64,000 bases of DNA from Tubiluchus corallicola. Lineage: Eukaryota > Animalia > Priapulida. Below, in pieces: positions 43,640 through 53,799 of this stretch; position 1 is the stretch's first letter, and every line of letters begins with the position of its first letter. The stretch is taken from positions 1 through 64,000 of the forward strand of contig JAQGDQ010000195.1 in assembly GCA_030141605.1 (NCBI GenBank), in the 5' to 3' direction. The position numbers were made by a program, and so were the translations under genes. The notes under the pieces were generated by a model. The model saw nothing but the letters and a program-made list of their open reading frames with translations. It was not told the DNA's origin and searched no databases.

Positions 43640-44295
43640 AAAGTCTCACTTATACTCCTCCAGCAGTCTGAGAATCTGGTGAAATACAAAATCCTCTCCT
43701 GGTAATACTTTGGACCCAAATGCGAAACTTTTCGCTACAGTCCAATTCCTGACGCGTAAATTTCGTAGATCCGCCAATGCACTGCACAGAGCCCATTGGT
43801 CGGTCATAGCGCCTATTTGAGTTGAGAGCCAGCTAGCTCTCTCTACCATAGTGAGTACAGCCCCACTTGTTTGAGCAGAAGTCTGTACTTCTGGGTTAGT
43901 CACGTCTTTGGGGAGGTTACCGCTTTCAACACCTTGGTCATTGTCACGTATTCGTCGCAAAACTACTGCGTGTAAGGCCTGTATTTCCGGACTCTGCCGA
44001 TCTAACCACCCGATCAGGAGACTTCTGGACCTAATCCAGCTCTCGATTTGAGCTTCACTTATCTCTTCAGGGTCTGACATAATATTCAACTTATTCGCAA
44101 CTTGGCACTTAGGTCCTTTGGGCTCCCCTGTATGGGACGCACCCGGGCTGGACCCCTTTCTATACAGTGCATCACCACGTGCCACTGTGTTCTCTGCTTC
44201 CCGATTTAACCTTTTCAGCTTCAGTCGATCACAGAGACTTAGCTCGCCTGTTCACAATTCGGCTTGCTAAGGCCTGACGGTATATTGAGCAATCT
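43640..44295 (-). pseudogene. gag: Ty3/gypsy copy A: leader and gag 5' part (ATG at 44080)
   Basis: MSDPEEISEAQIESWIRS...DQWALCSALADL matches the gag N-termini at 47418 and 57264; frameshifted. The leader matches 55465-55650. Confidence 0.85.
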
Positions 44296-45562
44296 CACCT
44301 TAGAGCAATCAGTGTATTATAATTGTAATTTAAAACACATATAAATCATTTATTACATCTCTGACGTTATAGATATTATATTGTTGGTACAAATGTTTCA
44401 TTACAATGACACATGTAATCTAGATATTAAGGATTACAGTCTTTATTTAACTTGGATTTTAGAGAATAACGTTTAAAAATTAATTAACAACTACATAGTT
44501 CAAGAGAAGGAAAAGAATATTAGTACTGAGTGTTTAAAAAAGGTGTGTCGAGATTCACACTATATTGTTCTAAGAACGAAGTTTTAATTAACGGGTCCAG
44601 CTAAAACTATTAGGACGATTAGCACATTCGAGAAAAAAGGGGCAGAATTTATACCATGAATCTTACTGCTATTGGTAATATATTCAAAATATTAATTCAA
44701 GTGTAAAGTTAGATTAAACTCGAACCTGCTAGCATAACTACCCGAGTTAAATAAATGCCCTGGTTAAATAATGTTTGGATGTTTTTTTTTATTAAATGGT
44801 TCCAAAACGGTCAATGTTTTGAAATGGCAAATAAAGATTTTATTCTTACTACCTACAATTTGAAAAGCTGAAACGAAAACTAGCACAGAACTCCTCCAGC
44901 ATTAATTATTAACTGTTTTCCGATCGATACTAATTTTTTATGTATCTAGCTTACCATTTGGCTTTTCCCCTTTGCTTTTTTCCCTTTTTGCATAATTTCT
45001 TTTTGGTATTTTGTCCTTTTTTTTTCAATTTTTTTGGGTTTTTCTTTTTTTTCTCCCTTTCACTAATTACTTCCAACGTCAATTAAATCAGGCATCACTT
45101 CTAATGAAGCGAGCCATAGTTCCTCCACTCCAAGTTCTTTTGCTGCCTTGAGGAGGGTCGCCAGATGAAATATTTCTCCGATTTCCCATCGCTGCATCGC
45201 GATGCACTACGCCTCGCGATTGATCAACCGTACTCTATCTGGCGCTAAATATTCTAATAATTTGGCCATTACTGGCATGCCACGCATTTGGCTTCCTATA
45301 AAATGAATATAAATCCTCATTAATATTCCTTTAAGCAAAATCATTTTACTTCTGTAATTTAATTCACACGATTTTAGCTTCAAAATTACCAATATAGCGA
45401 TTGTGATTGCTACTAGAAATTAAGTAAAAGAAACTGACGTATTACCTACCTCATCAATCACCGACTTTCCATATAAGAGCCGTAGGCTCCTGGGAAGTTC
45501 AGGTCGAACTGACTAATTTGTCGCTGAATCCCCGCTAAGAGGTCATCCCTTTCTACTAAAGT

Positions 45563-47117
45563 TGTTATGAATAAATTTCTGAATCATGAATTAAGTGATT
45601 AATTAATGGAGTTATCAACTTCATTAGATTATGTTGATAAAGAGACCTCCTAATTGGATTAGGTAAATTTATTGAAAGATTATGGGAACTCACTTAGCTG
45701 GTTAAAGCACATATTTAATGCGAGGCAAGAAATTATCGTCACAGAGTTTGTGTTTACAAGGAATAGAACAGGTGTTCATTTAGAGAGTAAAAGTTTGTCA
45801 CAGGTGTTTATTTAAGAGAGCGTAGAAATTGCAGGTGTTTAGTTTAGAGGAAGCAAAGCTTATTTTTATAACTTTGCGTGGTTAGATAATAAGCCTGATG
45901 TAATGTTATGCGGAGTTGCCGAACTATAATTGAGAAGAAGCAGAAAGTGGTTCTTTTCTTGAAAGAGAGTTTATAATCCGAGCGACGCAAGGAACTATCT
46001 CTCGAGTTGATGAAGTGAAGGACAAGGCGAGTAGCAGTGTTTTTCTCATGTAAGAAGCTACGTTACCTGCCATCTGGATGGTCATAAACCACCAAGCCAA
46101 GAACGTAACCTTTGAACTATTGCGACACGTTGGGGCGTTAGCGCGCAATGTTACGAAACTCTATTAGAGTATATAAGATGGTGTTTTGGAAGAACACGTG
46201 GCTAGTCGGATGTGAATCGAACGTGAGTGAGTTCGTCAGTCAGAGAAGGGAGAAGATCAAGTCTGGAGAGGCTACAGGAGTTCTGAGAGAAGCAAAGACA
46301 CGTTAGACACAGCGTAGACAACAATCTGCATCCTCAACGACTTGAGCACTGGATCTGCGAATAGAGTCTTGCAGCGGAATTGGATTTGGCCAATTGAACA
46401 GTTGTCATTGGTCATTCCACCAAGTTAAGTGATCTTAACATATCGTAACTTGAGAGCAACTCTGCATAGTAGTAAATCACAGTAATAGACACCTTAAGTG
46501 TAACGTGTAGTTGATTGTAATTGCATACTTCACATTGTAATTAGCACCTTAAGTGCGAAGTAAGGAAATAGTTAACTGAATCTGATTAGTGTCTCTTGGA
46601 GCTAATTATTAATTGTGAGCGTCTTTGGCGATTAAGATCAAACATTGTAAAATTAGTTGACTGAGAGTAATTGTTGTAAAACAATAAACGGATTTCACTT
46701 TAACTTAAAGGAATAGTTTGTGTATGCTTATAGGTGTTTCAGTTAAGCAACATTAAATTCTGTAAACGAATCTGAAGATTTGCTGTGTACATTAAGTTAA
46801 TTTACAAGTTCAATTGCGGGAACTCTAAGTTCAAAGACTCTAATCACAACGCGGAGTCATAGAAACAGTCTTGTGGGAAGATATCATAGCCCTATAGACT
46901 TTATCTTAAGCTCTAGGAGCCAGGTTGTAAATAACCTTATAGCAATTAGTGTAATAGAAGCGAATCACTCTTTAAATAGTCGTGTGTCTCCTTAGGTCAC
47001 GTGTTATACGATCACGAGCGAGAGATAAGAATCAATATTAATTAGAGAGATTAATAATACATGATAACGAATACGATAATTGGTACTAGTGACCATAGTA
47101 AAGAGGAGAAACCGATA
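45563..47117 (+). mobile_element. 5' LTR of Ty3/gypsy copy B (diverged sister family)
   Basis: Starts TGttatgaataaattt, like TGtggtgaataaattt of family C. Shares blocks such as aactcac...agctggt, cagcgtagaca and caataaa. Ends GATA directly before AC plus the PBS. Confidence 0.75.
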
Positions 47118-47119
47118 AC

Positions 47120-47140
47120 TGGTGCCGGTGACAGCAGGAT
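47120..47140 (+). promoter_or_regulatory. Primer binding site, tRNA-His-like (copy B)
   Basis: tggtgccggtgacagcaggat approximates TGGTGCCGTGACCAGGAT, the complement of the animal tRNA-His 3' end. Confidence 0.65.
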
Positions 47141-47417
47141 TTTGTTTGCTTAACTAAGTATTGTAATCAATATTGTTTGATAAGTTGTAAACTGTGAACT
47201 GCTTGCATTACTCTCAGGTGTGTCATAATTGAAAGTGGAAGCTGTCAGAGAAAGCTAGGACACAGCTGGAAATTTATTGGAGGACAATTACTGAGGCGGT
47301 TCTAGAAGATATTGGAGACCCCAAACCAAATTGGTAGGTGGTTTTTATTGTCCAAGGTGTTAACAGCCTGAAATATTGTATTAGGAAAATTTTGTGTTGC
47401 GATAAATTCTGTAAATT

Positions 47418-48700
47418 ATGTCGGACCCTCAGGAATTAAAAAGCGAAGCTCAAATTGAGAGCTGGATCCGGTCCGGGAGTCTGCAGGACGGATGGTTAGA
47501 GCAACAGAGCTCAGAGGTTCAAGCTTTACATGCGGTAATTTTACGACGTATAAGAGACGAGGAACAGAAGGCTGTAGGCAGCCAACTCCCCAAAGAAATG
47601 ACTAGCCCAGAGGTTCACACCTCTGCTCAAATAGGTGGGGCAGTACCCACGATGGTAGAGAGAGCGACCTGGCTCTCCTCTCAATTAGGAGTTATGACCG
47701 ATCAATGGGCATTGTGTAGCGCATTGGCGGATCTACCAAAATTTTCGGGTCAGGAATCCGATTGTAGTGAGAGATTTAGAATTTGGGTTCAGGGTATTAC
47801 TAGGAGAGGTTTTTGTATCTCACCCGACTCACAGAATGCTGGCGGTGTGTGTGTAAGATTGGCTTATGTGACGGTTGATGGTTCTTGCACTCAGTACTTA
47901 GATGCGAATAGGGAATTCTGGTCTGGTATGAACTGGAGTCAGTTCGTAACGTATTTGGAACAGCGGTATGTAAACCGTGCTGAATTAACGAAACATATGA
48001 TTGAATTAAAGAATCTCAGGCAAAAGAAACATGAATCTTTGCGACAGTTAGTTGACCGTATTTGGTACCACGCTAGATTGGCGTATCGACCTTCAGAAAT
48101 TGACCAGCCCCTTGCACAACAGTTTCTAACTGATGTATTAATAGAATCGCTTAGAAATGGTCAATTAAGAGCCAAACTGATTAAGCACAACCCCCTGACC
48201 CTAGAGGTGGCATATGCGAGATGCCGAGATGATGAAAGTAACCATGAGATTACCAGGTTAAAGAGCCGGCAAGTCGCTCACCAGATGAGAATGGATACGA
48301 CCCTATGGAAGTTGATTGTATAGCGACTAAATCGAATAGTGAAGATGACAGCCCTGTATGTCAGCTGATGGTGCCCAGAGATGCTAAAAGGCCAGAACAA
48401 GGTCACCCTGAGAATAGAAAAAAAGTTCCTGAGAACGGCCAGGGTCAACAGCATCCGGTAGGTAGGAATCCTCCCCTCAGAGGACCGGCACCTAGGCAGC
48501 GGCCTCAGCCCGCCGGATTAGGCCGTCAAGGGTTGGGAAGGTGGACTCAGAGCCCACGAAGGCCCACACAGGCGGATATATGTTTTAAGTGTCAGAGGCC
48601 GGGACACTTTGCTAGGGAGTGTCGATACAGGGGCCCTGTTATGCAAGGAAGAGTAGGCCGTGGAAGGCCGCAGGAAAACTCAACGGTAGTCTCCCCCGTG
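47418..48700 (+). pseudogene. gag: gag of copy B, frameshifted near 48300
   Basis: Capsid-like LKNLRQKKHESLRQLVDRI; CFKCQRPGHFAREC knuckle in ORF 48305-48976. Confidence 0.88.
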
Positions 48701-48929
48701 AGGAGCCGAGATTACGTAACGGAGACAGGCAGCAATGTAAATAGAATTTTAAATAAAATTGGTACATGTAAATGTTGTAAATGCGGAAATGATAATAGAA
48801 AAAGGCAGACTGCGCTTAAAGGGTGCCGAGAAAGGTTAAAAATAGCTAGTGTAGGGAAAGATAAATGGGATACCGTGAGAGCGTTTCGAACGCACAGCTC
48901 CACGGGTTGGCAGGAATCCATAATTGTAG

Positions 48930-49849
48930 GAGAGGATATGTGGGAGAGGATTATTTTGAGAATTATTTACAAATGATGCATCAGGCTTTTGTGGTAGCTA
49001 AGAAGAGAACAGAAGAAGCCAGAGCCAAGTGTAAGGAGTTGTATGACCGTAAGGCCCAGACTCGTCATTTTAGGGTCTATTATAACCAAGCTATGAAGAT
49101 AAAAGCTTCAAGAAAACTGCATCAGTATTGGGAAAGTAACCATGTTGTGTTGACAAGATTAGGTAAACATAGGTACAAGATAAAGAACATGGACACGGGC
49201 CGGGTAAGGACGTGCCTTGTGACACATTTGCGATTAGTGCCTCCCACGGCTGCCTGGTCAACTAAACCAGGAGCTCGAGAGAAAAATAGAGCAAGCAGAC
49301 CTCTGCGTAGAGCTGCCCGCGTTTCTGAACCCGAAGTCTCCCAGGAAGGAGAAAATGTTAGTAGGAGGGCCCAAGAAGGGTCAGCTCCTGTAGGAACCTC
49401 GTTGCAGGGAGCAACGTTAGGTCAAGGGAAGGAAGATAGCGAGAAGGCTGTAGATAATGCCGAGAGTTTGGCATGGGAACGACCTTGGCGAAGAGCTGTC
49501 TGAAGCAGAAGAGACACCTCGCCCTGGTGTACCGGAAGAGGATAACTCAGAGATCTCTAGTAGTTCGCCACCACCCCTGCTATTGCCGAAAGAAGATCAC
49601 TCGGGCGCCACCAAGCGAACAAGGAGCGATAGTGGTAGCGAATTCTCTGAGGTTAGTGCGAAGTCGAGACGAACCGGAAGTGATATGACCTATAGCGAAA
49701 CCTCTCAGACAGGTAGTTCGGTAGAGTCAGAATATGAAGATGAAGGACCTCCTCCCCTAGAAAAGGTTCTTCATATGTCTCGAGCAGCAACCCAGGTTCA
49801 GAAACCTGTGGGTTGGACCTGCGTTTGGACACGCTGGCTTAGAAAGTGA
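48930..49849 (+). pseudogene. pol: Integrase C-terminal tail of copy B plus Ser/Glu-rich extension; most of pol deleted
   Basis: K.LYDRKA...F....SRKLHQYW...VV..RLG..RYKI.......HLR resembles the GPY/F module. No protease, RT, RNase H or integrase core upstream. Confidence 0.7.
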
Positions 49850-50192
49850 AAGTTATGGTAGGACGCAGGTGTTCGCAATAATTAGGCGACCTCATGAAAT
49901 AAATGGGATAGATCTGATGTTGTTTGCGAGCTGTTTAGTCTAGTTATGAACTCTTGATATGCTTAACCTCGTATTAGGTTAAGAACTAATATCCGCGCAC
50001 GCGCAGCAGATCTAATGATAAATAGTAAGGCTGGAACTGAATAACTTACTAATTTAGGAAAAAGGTTAGGGCCACTCTAGGGGGAGGAAAGTCCCCTAAC
50101 CTATAGATAAAGATATGAGAATGATGATAAATAAATGTACAGTGAGTCCAGATCTTTCCAAGGCTATGATGTTTTGGACTGTTTTTCAGAAT

Positions 50193-51400
50193 ATGGAATC
50201 CAAAATAGTGCTGTGGATGTTCGGGAGTCTCATGTTGGTACTCTGTGAAGCCAATGTAGTGACCAGTCTCGGAGCAATCTTCATCCGTAAAGGAGAAGTC
50301 CAAGTATCTCAATCCCGATGGGCCCTATTAATGCAACTAAACATTAGCCCGGTTGAACTTTGCTTGGAAGCTTTGAAGCAAGAAATGCTTATCTCAAAGC
50401 ATCATTCTTGGGACCCGGCTAGACGTGTGGATGAACCCCACACCCCATTGCATCAGGAGGATAGGTTCCTGGAAGCCATCACAGTGTTAGTAAACACTAA
50501 AGCTTCAACTTATCTGGCTGAGATGCAGGAGCTAGAGCAGAAGACGAATGACATAGCGCACCTCCTGGCCTCTAGGAGAGCAGGAGATCGTCAACCATCC
50601 TCAAGCGAAAATAAGTCTAGGCCTGAACCTTCATCCGGAATGAACCTGGATGGTAGGACTAGAAGAAGCCGAACAAGGCGTAGCTTGCTTCCTTTCCTAG
50701 GGAAAATTTCTAAAGCCCTAACAGGTACTGCAACCGAGGAAGATCTACAAGCCCTGGCAGGAAAGCTTAATCTGATACAGGCCTCCCTAGAATCCATGCA
50801 GCACATCCTTGAAAAGTCTGTGACATTAATAAATTATACACACATACAGAGTCAGGAAAACGCTAGACATATAATGTTGTTGCAGAATGACACTGCAGAG
50901 TTAAAATACAATTTAGCGGAACTTAAGGTGGAATTTGCATACCACGCACAGATAATGACTCATGAGATGGTGGCATAACAGAAATAATGGCGCTGATGCA
51001 GCGTATTTCCCATACTATGCGAAGGCTGACTGACAATGTGCACAAAATGACAGACATGTTGTCTACTTTATTGTCGGGCACGATGTCACCTCTTTTATTG
51101 GGACCTGCACAGTTGCGAGATACACTGTTACCGAGTACTTTATCCTTACCGGAAAGGCTGGAAGGAGATTTACTGTATTATTATGAGACTATGGAAGTCA
51201 CGTTATTAGCTACTGCTGGAGGATATGCGGTGCTAGCCCTCATATCGCTACAGCCAGATCAAGATAGGTTCGACTTGTTCCAGATCGTACCTATGCCTAT
51301 GGTAATGCCAAATTCTACGGTTTATATTTACCTTAATCCAGGGAGGAAATATTTTGGTATTAATATAGAGAGGACAAAGTTCTTCTTAAGAATTTGTAAT
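50193..51400 (+). pseudogene. env: Envelope protein, F-type (errantivirus env / baculovirus F-like); frameshift near 50975, 3' truncated
   Basis: Signal peptide MESKIVLWMFGSLMLVLCEA. Furin site RTRR is followed by fusion peptide SLLPFLGKISKALTGTATEED and heptad repeats, then GTMSPLLLGP..L, FDLFQIVPMP and YIYLNP..KYFGIN. No TM anchor remains. Confidence 0.82.
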
Positions 51401-51446
51401 GAACTTCTTTAACTTCTCATGAAGTTAAATATTCGACTTTTAGTAA

Positions 51447-51806
51447 CTTATAGATATCGAAAACAACCTTTTCGGAGACTACAAAAGAAATCAGTTTATT
51501 CTACTAGATCTACCGCATACCAAATATTTCAGAAGATATCCATTAAGTGTAATTAACTTTAAACCTTACTTTGATAAATACTTAACTATGAGGGCAGTCA
51601 AACGCTTCGAACAATATGAACATTATGACTTACAGAATCGAACAACCTTGCCTGCTATAAACTGCCATGATTTTATGCGTTGCCAAAATTATTTTGAGCA
51701 CTTAATGGGAGAGCCACATACTTGTGTTGATAGTGCAATTTCAAACTTTCAGACTTCAGTGTCATTTCAGTGCAATTTAAAACATTCACACTTCAGTACA
51801 ATTTAA
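51447..51806 (+). other. Stop-free frame of about 119 codons, unknown product
   Basis: LIDIENNLFGDYKRNQFILLDLPHTKYFRRYPLSVINFKPYFDKYLTMRAVKRFEQYEHY...; same frame as the nuclear receptor; no recognised domain. Confidence 0.35.
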
Positions 51807-51839
51807 AAACATTTAGACTTTCGTGTAATTGTTCAAGCC

Positions 51840-52652
51840 ATGTCGAACACAGTCACACGAAGCTGTTTAGTCTGATCTGCACCAGCTTCTGTTAGACGCT
51901 ATGGTATATTTACGTGCAGTGCATGTCGGTATTTTTTTTATCGACAACAGCATACTCAGAAGGCACCTCCACAACAAGGCTGTGTTGGGGACTGTTGCAT
52001 TACTCCAGACACCAGACGCTATTGTAAATTTTGTAGACTTAATAAATGTATAACAGAACTGCCTCAAAGCTAAATTGACCAATCGTATTAAATCCACCGG
52101 TCAAATGCAAACCAGCTCTTACCAGTAGCGATCCGGATTACCACTCAGAAGACATGCCAGCAGCCAGAATTACAAACATTATCCCAAAACGACCAAATAA
52201 TTCTACTAAAATCCGGTATACCAAGTATTGCATTAATATGGATGTACACGTTAATTAACTTCGCTTCGCTTGCACAACAGACAGTACCTCAGCACCAACT
52301 CAGCGATTTTGACGAATTTACGCAACAACTTTATAGGACCGCACAAGCTATTATGTTAGTCCGACCATCTCAAAACGAATTAGACATATTAACGAATATC
52401 TTACTGTATGACTCAAGTTGTCTCAACTTAGAACGACCTGATCAAGTGGCTATTTTTCACTCCATGTGGATACAAAGATTTAACCACGAGATTGCCATGA
52501 CATGGCCCTCCAGATTCACCTCGCAAATGGCGGCTTTGAGCAATTTCCAGGCACTATACCAAGCTGTAATTGCATTTGCAACACGTCTCCAGTCTTCACA
52601 ATTGACCCCCGATCAAAATGCTTACTTTCAACTAAGGGAAGAGAAGGAATAA
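51840..52652 (+). pseudogene. Intronless, compact nuclear receptor (C4 DBD plus NR1-like LBD), 270 codons with 3 in-frame stops
   Basis: From gccATG at 51840: MSNTVTRSCLV*SAPASVRRYGIFTCSACRYFFYRQQ...GCVGDCCITPDTRRYCKFCRLNKC, then in the same frame PELQTLSQNDQIILLKSG and ELDILTNILLYDSSCLNLE. Stops at 51873, 52071 and 52089. Confidence 0.87.
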
Positions 52653-52664
52653 TGTGTAGAGAAT

Positions 52665-52990
52665 GATTTGTCATTTGTATTTTGAATTCATGATTTATAT
52701 TTTGAATTCATGATTTGTATTTTGAATGATGATTCTAGATTTGTATTTTGAATGATTGTATTTTGAACTCACGAAATGTGAACTCCTTTGTATTCTGAAT
52801 GATGGTATTTTGAACTTGGACGAACTCTGAACTTATATACTCTGAACTCATATGATGTGTGTTTTGAATATATGTTTAAAATATATTCGTAATTTGAACC
52901 TTGATGAATTTTGCATATACACATACTTTGAATTAAACTTTGCACCGCGAACTTTGAAGTCATGATATGGGTTATACATAGTAATTGATG
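52665..52990. repeat. Degenerate short tandem repeats (atttgtattttgaa-like)
   Basis: Repeated tttgtattttgaat / ctgaac units directly after the receptor stop codon. Confidence 0.6.
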
Positions 52991-53799
52991 TGAACTTGTG
53001 TGTTTTAAACTAAGGGTGCTTAAAGAAAAAACAAAAAAAAATTATTAGTAGTATAGCTATATCTAATAAAGATAATGATGACGATTAAACCTATGATCTA
53101 TGATGATGAATGTTAGGATAATATGCTGTGTAGCGGGTGCATAGACCCTTTTTTGGTCTTTATTTAGTTACTGCCACGGTGCTGCCACCTGTTTGTTTAT
53201 TTAGTAGACTTTTTGCCTTTTACAGTAGTCACTCTTTTAAAATTGAAGCACCTAATATCCTTGAATACATTAGCATTTTGATCTTTCGCTATAGCTATAG
53301 TAGTTGTCTGACATTTTACCCGTCTTTTGATTCTCTCGGCCATTGCTCTAGTGTTGTCTATGGTGAACATTATGTCTGTAACTTTCTTACGAGTTTATTG
53401 TTGTGACATCGTTGTTCTTAAGGCCTTGGAGTTCTCATTCCTGTCTTTGTAATTGCTAAAGGCTCTAACAACGTAAGTCATTATTAATTAATTTCAAATT
53501 ATCTCAAATTATTATATATTATTGAATTACAGAATAAAGAAACTTTTGGTCAGCACATTAAACTGGTGTTTTGCATCCATTTCATACTGTATGGTAATAA
53601 TGATATTTTAAAGAAAAATGTTCGTCATGATGATTTGGTCACAATGATATTATAGTATTATAAGGAAAAATGGTTATTATAATGATATTATATATATACT
53701 GATGTTGCTGAGACCTTGAATAATGTAATCACCAAAGATAATAACTACCTCAGCATATAGAGGCTTCTTCTAGACATTCGCACGTAATCATTCGCTTGT

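Noticed and set aside
45207-45392. Minus-strand ORF next to LTR B
   Set aside because: No recognisable motif and too short to call.
51645-51685. Possible second DBD (ACY.NCHDFMR) making a 2DBD receptor
   Set aside because: Needs a frameshift, and the other zinc ligands are not in register.
51873-51875. TGA at a zinc-ligand Cys read as selenocysteine
   Set aside because: Two further TAA stops in the frame point to decay, and no SECIS was identified.
53129-53600. Possible 3' LTR of copy B or an unrelated solo LTR
   Set aside because: No similarity to LTR B, and no convincing CA end or TSD.
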